A stretch of 64,000 nt of DNA from a virus: the IMG/VR virus record IMGVR_UViG_3300045450_000145, positions 119,547-183,546 of that record; one strand, written 5' to 3'. A program made the translations under genes and the position numbers. Every line of letters begins with the position of its first letter. The first letter of the stretch is position 1. Positions 47,539 through 56,490 of this stretch are shown here, one piece after another. The notes under the pieces are model-generated. The model did no database searches and was not told the DNA's origin. It was given only the letters and a program-made list of their open reading frames with translations.

Positions 47539-48606
47539 ATGAAAATTTCATCTTCAAAGAAGAAAGACATTGGCAAGATTAAGAAGTTAGTGCAATTTAC
47601 AGACGCACATTTTGGTGCGCGTAATAATTCTGATCAACACAACACTGATAATCTTGAATATGTTGACTGGTTAATTTCTAAAATCAAAGAAGAGAAACCA
47701 ACACACATTGCATTTTTGGGTGACTTCTTTGAAAATCGAAATGCCATTAATGTTCGAACAATGGATCGTGCTGCAGAAGCGTGCCGAAAGTTAAATGACT
47801 TAGGCATCCCAATTATCTTCTTAGTTGGAAACCATGATCTATATCATAGGTCAGATCGCAACATCTTTTCAACAGACATCTTTGGCGATTTAGAAAATAT
47901 CCACCTAATCAGTGAACCGACTGAGCTAGATAAAGATTGGTTTGTAACACCATATTTGTTTAGACATGAATATCCAGAATTAGTCAATGACATCAACAAG
48001 CATAAGTATGTGCTAGGCCATTTCGAGTTTAGGAGCTTCGTGGTCACTGGTGCTGATCGAGTTATGGATCACGGACCTGACGCAGATGACTTTGCCGGTC
48101 CAAAGTATATCTTCTCTGGCCACTTCCACAAGCGTCAAGCCAATAAAAACATCATCTACATTGGCAACATCTTTCCAACAAACTTCGGGGATGCCGGGGA
48201 TGCAGCTAGAGGGTGCTGTGTGTTTGACGTTGAGAATGACGATGTCTATTTCCATGACTGGGAGGACGCGCCACTCTTCTTTAAAACTCGACTATCTAGA
48301 GTAATCGGCGGCGAGATGGACTTCCCACCAAAGTCCAGAGTTCGATGTATCATTGACATGGACATCGGCTATTCAGATGTGCAGGCATTACGTGATGAAA
48401 TGATCAAGACCTTTGCCTTACGTGAGTTCTCAGTTGAAGAAGATTTTGCAGCAAAGAAGGAAGCGCTGAGCGAAGGGTTAGATATGGAAGGCGATGTTGA
48501 CCTATCATCCTTGGATAATACAGTTCGACAGTTAATTAGTGATGGTGTTAATCCATCCCCGACGATTGATCCGAAAATCCTAATTGAGTTATACGAAGAA
48601 CTTTAA
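47539..48606 (+). CDS. gp47: Recombination nuclease subunit gp47 (Mre11/SbcD)
   Basis: FTDAHFG, LGDFFE, GNHD, GHF, SGHFH metallophosphoesterase motifs. Confidence 0.93.
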   Translation: MKISSSKKKDIGKIKKLVQFTDAHFGARNNSDQHNTDNLEYVDWLISKIKEEKPTHIAFLGDFFENRNAINVRTMDRAAEACRKLNDLGIPIIFLVGNHDLYHRSDRNIFSTDIFGDLENIHLISEPTELDKDWFVTPYLFRHEYPELVNDINKHKYVLGHFEFRSFVVTGADRVMDHGPDADDFAGPKYIFSGHFHKRQANKNIIYIGNIFPTNFGDAGDAARGCCVFDVENDDVYFHDWEDAPLFFKTRLSRVIGGEMDFPPKSRVRCIIDMDIGYSDVQALRDEMIKTFALREFSVEEDFAAKKEALSEGLDMEGDVDLSSLDNTVRQLISDGVNPSPTIDPKILIELYEEL

Positions 48607-48623
48607 TTACCTGAAAATCCAAT

Positions 48624-48667
48624 AAACGGACCAAGTAATACATGTTACAATGTATCTTGGTCCGTTT
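48624..48667. promoter_or_regulatory. Long inverted repeat with extended -10 (TGTTACAAT) spanning its loop
   Basis: AAACGGACCAAG-TA-ATACAT[GTTACA]ATGTAT-CTTGGTCCGTTT between gp47 and gp46. Confidence 0.55.
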
Positions 48668-48687
48668 TAGTTAGGAACATTAATTTA

Positions 48688-50427
48688 ATGAGCACACCAC
48701 TTATTTTTAAATCTCTTGAGTTGAGGAACTTTTTAAGTTTCGGAAATTCTTTGCAGACAATTTATCTAGATAAGCAAGGCGCTGTCACTATCACTGGCGA
48801 GAACAATGATAAGGGCGGTTCAAATGGCGCTGGCAAAACTACCATTATCAATGCGCTCTGTTATGCGTTATACAACAAGCCATTTGACAATATCTCGTTG
48901 CAACGTCTAATCAATTCTACTAATGCGACTAAAAATACTCAAATGGAAGTCCGCCTTACCTTTGATAAGGACAACATTGAGTATGAAGTTTATCGTGCTA
49001 GAGGTGAAGGTTATAGAATTGAAGTAAAGCGTAACGGCGAGGACATTACTCCAGGTAAGGGCGTATATGAAACTGACGACCTAATTTTGGATATTATCGG
49101 CATCTCATACGAACTCTTCACAAAAACAATTATTTTTTCTGGTAACTCACCCGCATTTTTGCAGCTACCAATTGCGCAGCAGCGTAATCAAATCGAAGAG
49201 CTCTTCAATATTACGATCTTGAGCGAGAAGGCAAAACAGCTTAAAGAAAAGTTGCGTTTAACTGAGGGCGACATTAAAGTTGCTGAGGCGGTTTTGCGGC
49301 AACAGGAAGTTGCAGTTGAATTGCATAAGAAGCACATTAAGGAAGCAGAGCAGCGTATCAATCGATGGGAAGCAAATAGAATAGCCGAGATTAATGAGAT
49401 TGAAGAAACTCTAATTAAAATTTCTGAAATTGACTTTGCAGCTGAGCAAGTACTGCATGACGAGAAAAGTCTATTGCAGCAGCGTGGAACTTACTTAGCG
49501 GCAACTTTAGCGCCGGCGCGCAGGGACTTAAAAAACTTAACTGGTGAAGTTGGTAAGTTGCTCAAGGAGCAGGAGCACCTTGTTGACGCTAAGTGCCCAT
49601 ATTGCACTCAGCAATATGCTGATGCGCCCGCAAAGTTAGTATTATTAGAAGCCGACTTGGCAGAAAAAGGCGCTAAGCTCCTAGAAGTTGAAGCTAATCT
49701 TAATCAACTCGAGAACGAAGATACTGTTCGAAAAGAACGCATCTCAGAAGTAATGAAGCAAATTAAGCACAATGACTTGAATGAATTACTAGATGCACGA
49801 ATGAACACTACTGTTTTAATTAAAAAATTAGAAGAGTTGAAGAAGGCCGAGAATCCACACACTGAAGCATACACGCGCATCTGTGATGAAGAAACTGTGG
49901 ATGTAGATTCAAGCAAGGTGGACATGCTGAAAAGGCGCCTTGATCACCAGCAATTTTTACTTAAATTGCTAACTGACAAGAATTCATTCCTTCGCCGCAG
50001 AATTATTAACAAGACGACCCCATTCCTAAACGGGCGCCTTAACTTCTACACAAACTATTTAGGTCTGCCACACATGGTTAAGTTTGATGCTGATATGTCA
50101 TGCACGGTGGCTGAGTTTGGACGTGAGTTAGATTTTGGTAACTTGTCTGCTGGCGAAAAGAAGAGAGTAAACACTGCAATGTCACTAGCGTTTAGAGACG
50201 TGTTACACCACCTCCATGCTAAAACTAACTTGCTAATTATCGACGAGCTCGATGGCCAGCTTGACGTGCAGGGCATTGAATCAGTAGTTAGAATTCTAAA
50301 GGAAAAATCTAGAGATGAAGACCTTAGCGTGTTTGTTATTTCGCACCACCCATCTGTTCAAGGTAGACTTGACCATGACATGAGGATCGTAAAAGAAAAT
50401 GGTTTCTCGACAGTAATTATGCGATAA
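48688..50427 (+). CDS. gp46: Recombination ATPase subunit gp46 (Rad50/SbcC)
   Basis: Walker A NGAGKT, Zn hook CPYC, signature LSAGE, Walker B LLIIDE, H-loop ISHH. Confidence 0.93.
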   Translation: MSTPLIFKSLELRNFLSFGNSLQTIYLDKQGAVTITGENNDKGGSNGAGKTTIINALCYALYNKPFDNISLQRLINSTNATKNTQMEVRLTFDKDNIEYEVYRARGEGYRIEVKRNGEDITPGKGVYETDDLILDIIGISYELFTKTIIFSGNSPAFLQLPIAQQRNQIEELFNITILSEKAKQLKEKLRLTEGDIKVAEAVLRQQEVAVELHKKHIKEAEQRINRWEANRIAEINEIEETLIKISEIDFAAEQVLHDEKSLLQQRGTYLAATLAPARRDLKNLTGEVGKLLKEQEHLVDAKCPYCTQQYADAPAKLVLLEADLAEKGAKLLEVEANLNQLENEDTVRKERISEVMKQIKHNDLNELLDARMNTTVLIKKLEELKKAENPHTEAYTRICDEETVDVDSSKVDMLKRRLDHQQFLLKLLTDKNSFLRRRIINKTTPFLNGRLNFYTNYLGLPHMVKFDADMSCTVAEFGRELDFGNLSAGEKKRVNTAMSLAFRDVLHHLHAKTNLLIIDELDGQLDVQGIESVVRILKEKSRDEDLSVFVISHHPSVQGRLDHDMRIVKENGFSTVIMR

Positions 50428-50430
50428 ATA
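50424..50430 (+). promoter_or_regulatory. T4-like late promoter ATAAATA
   Basis: Overlaps the gp46 stop codon, 24 nt upstream of ATG 50455. Confidence 0.55.
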
Positions 50431-50454
50431 AGCCCATTATAGATGGGAGTTTAT

Positions 50455-50739
50455 ATGAAAGTTCAAGAACTATTTGAAGCTGAAGATAAGAAGTTTGTTA
50501 GTGGGTTAAAGGGCCAAGCAAAAGCGGCTTACAAACTCGGTAAGGTTGGTGGCACTAGCGGTAAACCTGCATTAAGCAAGTCTGCATTTTCAAAGTCTTT
50601 TGGTGATGGCGAAGAAATTTGGGGTATTTACTCTAAAGGCTATGTAGAAGGTAAGTCAATTTGGCAAGCTAAAGACGACCATGAAGCATGGCAAGAAAAG
50701 CGCGCGGCTTCATTATCTGGCAGAAAGTATCACGAATGA
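50455..50739 (+). CDS. Small probable internal head protein
   Basis: SD GGGAG favours ATG 50455; N-terminus MKVQELFEAE. Confidence 0.65.
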   Translation: MKVQELFEAEDKKFVSGLKGQAKAAYKLGKVGGTSGKPALSKSAFSKSFGDGEEIWGIYSKGYVEGKSIWQAKDDHEAWQEKRAASLSGRKYHE

Positions 50740-51203
50740 AACTTAGCGAAGTAAAATTGTTTGAAGAACCTATTCAGACCAGAACAGCACAGGAAGTCTG
50801 GTCTGAAAATGAATCTTCAGCCGTATCATACGTTATCTCAACTATCTATAATGTCAGGCCAGTTGCTGATAAAGATGATCGCTTTGAGGTAACATACGAT
50901 AAGAATGGCAAACGCACCATTTATGCCACCATGGATCAAGATGACTTAGATGCGTCTTTTGTTCCTATACGGCCAAATCAAAAGCCTGACGTTGAAGGAT
51001 ATACATCATATCGTTCAGCTGACGTGTATGATGCATTTAAATATGGTGGAGATCCAGTCAAGTTGACCTTAGATGGAGATGCCGTAGGTGCCACTGCTAA
51101 GCTTAATAAGGGAGATTATCTGTTAAGACAAGATGATGGCAATGACTTTATCTATACCGTGGAACGTGCCAATTATTTCGATAATTCCTACGTAAAGAAA
51201 TAA
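50736..51203 (+). CDS. Probable internal head protein, PGDYG-like C-terminus
   Basis: ATGA overlap gives MKLSEVKLFEE start; KGDYLLRQDDG...Y.V...F...Y. Confidence 0.55.
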   Translation: MKLSEVKLFEEPIQTRTAQEVWSENESSAVSYVISTIYNVRPVADKDDRFEVTYDKNGKRTIYATMDQDDLDASFVPIRPNQKPDVEGYTSYRSADVYDAFKYGGDPVKLTLDGDAVGATAKLNKGDYLLRQDDGNDFIYTVERANYFDNSYVKK

Positions 51204-51204
51204 A

Positions 51205-51948
51205 ATGAAAATATCTGAATTACTCAGAGAAGCGCTAGATTCAAATCAGGATAATTATCCATCTACACCAAAATTATTACCATATAAATTTGCTGTAGTT
51301 ACATCTCGACCAAAGATGTATGATGCAAATAAAAAGTTCAAAGTTGACTTTGCATTACAGGTAGATAACCAAACTGGTATGGGCTATTATGATAATCTAG
51401 TTGAGGCTGCAGAGAAGCTATTCGGCGCAGATAATTTAATATTCGCGTCTGATAGTTTACATGGGTTACTTGGTAGTAAAACTGACGATAGGACTTACAT
51501 CTTAGCGTCTTCAGAATTAAAGAACGATTTTGCAAGTGTAAGCATCAGAAAGCTATTCAAGAGCCAAGGCGAAGCTGAAAAGTTTGCAGAAGATAGTAGA
51601 GACGAATTTGATGAAAGGCGCGGGATAAAGACATTTATCATACCTATTAGTTATGAACCTAAAATGTCTTTAGATGAGTTTTTATACCATGTTAAAGGTA
51701 CAAAGCCAAAACTAGCAAAAGTACCAAAGGCAAAGCCGAAAGAAATATATAGTGAGGGCGATAAAGTAGTCTTAAAGCCTGAGGGAGAAAATCCACTAGA
51801 GGTTGGAACTGTTATTGGGGTTCAAACACGAAGCAAACCGGACAATTACGTTTACACTGTTGAATTAGATTTGAAATATATCGAAGACGATAATGATGAC
51901 GGCATGAGAGAAGTTTCTGCTGATGAAATTATAGGGTTAGTAAGTTAA
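51205..51948 (+). CDS. Probable internal head protein with C-terminal KOW/SH3-like barrel
   Basis: MKISELLREA tag; EGDKVVL...GTVIGV...YTVEL. Confidence 0.55.
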   Translation: MKISELLREALDSNQDNYPSTPKLLPYKFAVVTSRPKMYDANKKFKVDFALQVDNQTGMGYYDNLVEAAEKLFGADNLIFASDSLHGLLGSKTDDRTYILASSELKNDFASVSIRKLFKSQGEAEKFAEDSRDEFDERRGIKTFIIPISYEPKMSLDEFLYHVKGTKPKLAKVPKAKPKEIYSEGDKVVLKPEGENPLEVGTVIGVQTRSKPDNYVYTVELDLKYIEDDNDDGMREVSADEIIGLVS

Positions 51949-52358
51949 TGAAATTATCAGACTTATTTGAAGCTAAACTGCCTACTCATGATGAACTTGT
52001 TAAGCTGGCTCAAGAATTTCATGATGAAATGGACGGACCGACTGGCAAAAGAGAGTGGGGTGCAACCTTGTCAGATTGTGCTGACGAGTATGGGAACTGC
52101 TCAATGGTGTCTAATACCTTCATTGATTGGTTAGAAGCTCGTGGCATTAAAGGATCATTTATCTCAGGAGCTAATGCTACTAATCCAAAATGGGCAGCAG
52201 TTGCTAAAGGGCCGGACGATCCAGATGCCCACACAGCTGTTCGTGTTGGTTCTACGGTAATTGACTTTACAGCTCGTCAGTTTGATAAAAAGCTTCCTAA
52301 CCCAAGAATCACTGATGTTGGTGACTTCGATGAGGAGTGGGGAATTGTTGATGACTAA
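51948..52358 (+). CDS. Papain/transglutaminase-like Cys-His-Asp enzyme, probable internal head protein
   Basis: GNCSMVS (Cys), DAHTAV (His), VIDFTARQF (Asp); MKLSDLFEAK tag. Confidence 0.55.
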   Translation: MKLSDLFEAKLPTHDELVKLAQEFHDEMDGPTGKREWGATLSDCADEYGNCSMVSNTFIDWLEARGIKGSFISGANATNPKWAAVAKGPDDPDAHTAVRVGSTVIDFTARQFDKKLPNPRITDVGDFDEEWGIVDD

Positions 52359-52386
52359 TTAGGTTAGAGGTGACTCTCTAGTTTAG

Positions 52387-52392
52387 TAAATA
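52387..52392 (+). promoter_or_regulatory. T4-like late promoter core TAAATA
   Basis: 21 nt upstream of ORF 52414. Confidence 0.5.
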
Positions 52393-52413
52393 CTCCACAC
52401 AACGGAGATTTAT

Positions 52414-52980
52414 ATGACAGAGAAAGAAAAGCCGGTTGCTAAACCCAAGAGAAAGATGCGACCAGGTGGTGGTAAATCAAAAGGCAATAATTTTGAAGGC
52501 TTAATTGCAAAGAAGCTTTCCGCCGCCTTACCCTTGAATTTTATTCGTTCACCTGGCTCTGGTGCTAGAGTCGGTGGTAAGAATTACGAAAAGATCGGCA
52601 TGATGTTCGGTGAAGATGCGCTCAAGCTATTTGTCGCCGACGTAGTACCGGTCAATGAGAAGCAAGAAGGGCTCCGCTTCAACTACTCAATTGAATGTAA
52701 GTCATATGCAACCCAAGATAACTTCACCTCTTTAGTTAGTGGTAATGCTAATATTTTTAAGTGGTTTGAAGAGTCTGAAGTTGACGCTAAAAAGATTGGC
52801 AAAGCACCAATGTTAATTTTTAAATGGAATCATACTTCTATTTTTGTCATCGTGAATGGGCCTGTATTATCTGAAGTCAGCCCTAAAATCACCATTCAAA
52901 AAGATGGTAAGCACCTTGACGTTTACGAGTTTGAAGAACTTATTAAACACCCAGATTTTTGGGTTCATGAATCACACTAA
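52414..52980 (+). CDS. Holliday junction resolvase, Hjc-like PD-(D/E)XK
   Basis: KSKGNNFE, RSPGSG, ADV, SIECK, PMLIFK motifs. Confidence 0.8.
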   Translation: MTEKEKPVAKPKRKMRPGGGKSKGNNFEGLIAKKLSAALPLNFIRSPGSGARVGGKNYEKIGMMFGEDALKLFVADVVPVNEKQEGLRFNYSIECKSYATQDNFTSLVSGNANIFKWFEESEVDAKKIGKAPMLIFKWNHTSIFVIVNGPVLSEVSPKITIQKDGKHLDVYEFEELIKHPDFWVHESH

Positions 52981-53580
52981 ATGCAAGAAAATAATCTTCC
53001 ACGTTGGAGCGCAAGGCTTGACGCATTCAGGCCCTTAAAGAACTCTGGCTTTGCTGACCTAAATGCAATTGTCACGGCCCACTTCTATGCGCATGAATCT
53101 GCAACTGACTTCTTAGGCCCATATAATGCCAGACAGAGAAGTTCAACATTACCATACACCCCACCTGACAAGGAACTATTATCTCAAAATGTCAAGCAGG
53201 GTAAGATGAATGACATCTCATATAATGCATTGCTAAATTCAATCATTAAGTTTTGCCAACAACATAAGGGGCTTCGTGCGCTACCGACTCCACACCCGTC
53301 CGTCATTCACTCAATTCAATTGCCATTCCCTGCATTTGAACTTAAGCAGAATAATTTAGATACTGAAGTCTACATTATGGGTGCTGACCATCCACTGGTA
53401 GTTAAAGGGCTGCGTGATGCTAATCAAATTAAGTTCATTATCGTTAGACCTAAATTAAGTTCACTCGGTACTGCGTCCGCGCTAAAGTGGGAAGTTCTCT
53501 TCTTCAAACATGCTCTCGGCTATATTCCAGATTGGGTCGACAGTAATATTAATCCTCGCTGGTCTGGAATTTATTCATAA
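52981..53580 (+). CDS. Hypothetical protein, weak resemblance to TnpB WED/REC half
   Basis: 199 aa, abuts resolvase stop (TAAATG); resemblance by eye only. Confidence 0.6.
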   Translation: MQENNLPRWSARLDAFRPLKNSGFADLNAIVTAHFYAHESATDFLGPYNARQRSSTLPYTPPDKELLSQNVKQGKMNDISYNALLNSIIKFCQQHKGLRALPTPHPSVIHSIQLPFPAFELKQNNLDTEVYIMGADHPLVVKGLRDANQIKFIIVRPKLSSLGTASALKWEVLFFKHALGYIPDWVDSNINPRWSGIYS

Positions 53581-53593
53581 TAAGGAAACTACG

Positions 53594-53800
53594 ATGCTAG
53601 TACAATCAACTCCAATTTCATCTCTTACTCAACAAGAGCTACAGCAGCTTAAGATGCAAGTTAATGGCATGCGCCTTGAATCTTCTCAAGCATATTATAA
53701 TTTCAATGGTAAAACAATTAGCATGAACGAACTACAAGCCCATCAAAGAATGTGGGAAAGCGACGCTCGTAAAGCTGGTGGTCAGCCGCTATTCGGATAA
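53594..53800 (+). CDS. Small hypothetical protein
   Basis: SD AAGGA favours ATG 53594 (68 aa). Confidence 0.65.
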   Translation: MLVQSTPISSLTQQELQQLKMQVNGMRLESSQAYYNFNGKTISMNELQAHQRMWESDARKAGGQPLFG

Positions 53801-53803
53801 ATA
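53797..53803 (+). promoter_or_regulatory. T4-like late promoter ATAAATA
   Basis: Overlaps upstream stop codon, 28 nt before ATG 53832. Confidence 0.55.
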
Positions 53804-53831
53804 AAGCTCCATAATTATTTTAAAGTTAGTC

Positions 53832-54440
53832 ATGAAGCCAATTACATTCAAGGAACACCTTTTCCTATCTGAGTCACGTCGCAGTGATTTGACATATACT
53901 GAAAAGCAAGTTAAGGGAAATCTAGATAGAGTTTCTACTGCTCTAGCTGGGCATGAAGCTGGCAACATGACTAAATTAGCGAAGCGCTACGCTAGATTAG
54001 AAGTTAGTTTAAAAAATCTAGCTGAAAAGCGCGAAGCTTTAAATGAAAGGCTGAAGGAAGATGTTGGCAATCTATTTGACGCTGAAGATGCGGTGCTAAC
54101 TAGAGTCGTCTCCACAGCCCAATTCACTGTCACGTTAGCTAAAGAAATTAAGAAGACCACCCCGACTAAATCAGTTGATTATGAGTCTATTGTTAAGGCA
54201 TTAACATCTTTGATTCCTGAAGAGCTTCAAAGCAAGGTAGATGAAATTACGCAGCAATATACAAAGCTTATTCCACCTAAGGACCCCGTCAAGAAGGTGT
54301 CAGTAAGCAAGGAAATTACTGAAGCTTTTAATTTTAGTAAAATTAAAATTATGATTAGTTCATTTGTCAAGAAGATTACTTCATGGGCGAGCCGCTTTGA
54401 CGACAAGCTAGATTACTTAAAAGCTAAAGCTGATCTTTAA
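53832..54440 (+). CDS. Probable internal head protein, coiled-coil
   Basis: MKPITFKEHLFLSES N-terminus resembles T4 IP capsid-targeting sequence; internal ITEA site. Confidence 0.6.
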   Translation: MKPITFKEHLFLSESRRSDLTYTEKQVKGNLDRVSTALAGHEAGNMTKLAKRYARLEVSLKNLAEKREALNERLKEDVGNLFDAEDAVLTRVVSTAQFTVTLAKEIKKTTPTKSVDYESIVKALTSLIPEELQSKVDEITQQYTKLIPPKDPVKKVSVSKEITEAFNFSKIKIMISSFVKKITSWASRFDDKLDYLKAKADL

Positions 54441-54467
54441 TTAGTTTAACATATAAATTTTGCTGTG

Positions 54468-54476
54468 TGTTATAAT
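54468..54476 (+). promoter_or_regulatory. Extended -10 promoter TGTTATAAT
   Basis: Perfect TGn-TATAAT 20 nt upstream of ORF 54497. Confidence 0.65.
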
Positions 54477-54496
54477 GATCTTTTTACGAGGTCATT

Positions 54497-54751
54497 ATGA
54501 ACGGCAAACAAGCAAAGCGGCTCCGACGTATAGCCATGGGTCTAGCAGTTACGCTAGATGAGAAGGGCACAAAAATCCATGAAAACGGCTACGTGTTGCA
54601 AGACAACGGCGTTGCACTTAAGATTGGTGAGACCGAACTGAAAAAGAAACCATCTGTAAAAGTTCGACACGATTCCCTCAAAGGCATCTATAATACTCTG
54701 AAGAAGGGTATTAACAAGCAACACATCGAAAAGCCACCAGCAGAACTGTGA
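54497..54751 (+). CDS. Small basic hypothetical protein
   Basis: SD GAGG; MNGKQAKRLRR start; GTGA overlap with next gene. Confidence 0.7.
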   Translation: MNGKQAKRLRRIAMGLAVTLDEKGTKIHENGYVLQDNGVALKIGETELKKKPSVKVRHDSLKGIYNTLKKGINKQHIEKPPAEL

Positions 54752-55992
54752 CCGCAATCTACAAAGTAGCATCTAAGAGAAGACTTCACTTCTCTGATCC
54801 TCTACATGTGGGGCGTTTCTACCCACATGTAGAGCGTCGCCATCCAAAAATTATGCAGAAGAGGCAGGACTTGATCCTGTACTTGGCAAACATTCACGCC
54901 GCGGCGTTAAAGTCTGGGATGCCACTTGGATTCTGCGAAATCCCAATGCGACTCATGTCACTTCGTGAATGGGTCTATGACTATCGGAATGTCTTCGATT
55001 ATTTCTTTGACGTTAAGCAGACTGGTTATAACTTGGGTGATAAGCATGAAATCTCCATTGTCACCCCAAAAAAGCTAAGTATTACTCAAACTAATGACGC
55101 TAAAACCATCACAAATCAATTAATGTATGTTCCTCCACCCATCCCAAAAGATGGTGTTGTATCAAAGGTATACATTCAATTGCATAAGAAGGAAGAAATC
55201 CTAGATAAATTGGCGCAAGCTAATAGGTTGGATCTGCATGCTCCAGTTACGTGGCTGCTTAGTCAAAAAACTGACGAGATGAACTTTTACTTCTCTAGAG
55301 CTGGCAAGCTACAGCTTCGTGACACGTCAACATGGCCTATTCAGGCGGTGGAAACATGGCCAAGCTGGTTAAGAGAGGCACTGTTTGGGCCGGGTATTGA
55401 CATTGAGTCTGCATACACGCAATTTTTACTCGATCATGTAAAACAGGCATATAAGGGCCGGGAAAACCTGGTGGGTATTTTATATCCAGACTTAGTGAGG
55501 TCCTTAGATGATAAAGTGCAATGGCGCAATGAGCTGTGTAAGGACCTGCTTGGCATGGAAATCAACGAAGAAAATATCTCCATCGTTAAGAAAATCTGCA
55601 TGAGCTTGGCAAATGGCTCTAAAGTTTCGCCAGCAATTATGATCGGGAACGGCGGCTTCTCAGTTACCAGAGATATTGTCATTCAGTCAACTCAAGATAT
55701 ATCGCCAACTAATCTAATTAGAATTGGAGAGCGGTTATCTAGAATTTCAAAGCAGTATGCACAGGCGCGGAAGGTAGTGTGCACACTAGACATTAAAATT
55801 AGTCCGTCTAGAATTAACCAGAAGAAAGTATTTCAATCCTACTTTGAGTGGGAACGTGAAGCTCGTTATGAAATATGGGAAGCTGTTGGCAGGCACGGCA
55901 TTATGGTGCATGACGGGCTTGATGGTATCCCGCAGCAATACATTGAAGACCTACCAAACATCATTAAGACTCTCAACATTAAAATCAGCTAA
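54748..55992 (+). CDS. Minimal PolA/T7-RNAP-superfamily polymerase-like protein
   Basis: AGKL...P...R..LF...D218 (motif A), K281KICMSLANGSK (motif B-like), MVH388D389G (motif C). Confidence 0.55.
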   Translation: MTAIYKVASKRRLHFSDPLHVGRFYPHVERRHPKIMQKRQDLILYLANIHAAALKSGMPLGFCEIPMRLMSLREWVYDYRNVFDYFFDVKQTGYNLGDKHEISIVTPKKLSITQTNDAKTITNQLMYVPPPIPKDGVVSKVYIQLHKKEEILDKLAQANRLDLHAPVTWLLSQKTDEMNFYFSRAGKLQLRDTSTWPIQAVETWPSWLREALFGPGIDIESAYTQFLLDHVKQAYKGRENLVGILYPDLVRSLDDKVQWRNELCKDLLGMEINEENISIVKKICMSLANGSKVSPAIMIGNGGFSVTRDIVIQSTQDISPTNLIRIGERLSRISKQYAQARKVVCTLDIKISPSRINQKKVFQSYFEWEREARYEIWEAVGRHGIMVHDGLDGIPQQYIEDLPNIIKTLNIKIS

Positions 55993-56025
55993 TATTAATA
56001 GCATTAGTTAGCAAATAGCGGTTAC

Positions 56026-56054
56026 AAAAAGGGGACTTATAAAGTCCCCTTTTT
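56026..56054. terminator. Bidirectional intrinsic terminator
   Basis: AAAAAGGGGACTT-ATA-AAGTCCCCTTTTT between convergent genes. Confidence 0.9.
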
Positions 56055-56061
56055 ATTTTTC

Positions 56062-56490
56062 TCAGTCTAAAAATACTATTCGTGCAGTTCCATTCTGGGC
56101 ACTACTAAAAGTTAACTTAACTGTGTTTTCGTCTACGATCTGAATTGTGTTAGGAATAATAACAAACTTATCATCGTCAAATGCCTGCACGATTACATTC
56201 TCACTATCTAGATTATGTTGAATAGTCCAGACGCTGACGTTAGTCGTTGATCGGAAGACTGCGCTTCTTAATCCACTGTTGCCGCCAATTGACGGGTCTG
56301 AAACTGCAACACCTTGCAGTTTGCCATTAACTAACGCTAGGATTTCTCCCTCTTGTAATTCAATCGCGTCAAATTGACGTGGTCCCGGACCACGTCTGAC
56401 AATGATGGTTTCTTGGCTAACGTCGTTATTTAAGTAGCCACGCTTAGGTAGTTCTTGCTGAACAAACGACTCAAATGCTGATGCGGCCAT
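56062..56490 (-). CDS. Structural protein with C-terminal HNL module
   Basis: VWTIQHNLDSENVIVQAFD...IIPNTI...VKLTFS...GTARI. Confidence 0.65.
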   Translation of the reverse strand: MAASAFESFVQQELPKRGYLNNDVSQETIIVRRGPGPRQFDAIELQEGEILALVNGKLQGVAVSDPSIGGNSGLRSAVFRSTTNVSVWTIQHNLDSENVIVQAFDDDKFVIIPNTIQIVDENTVKLTFSSAQNGTARIVFLD

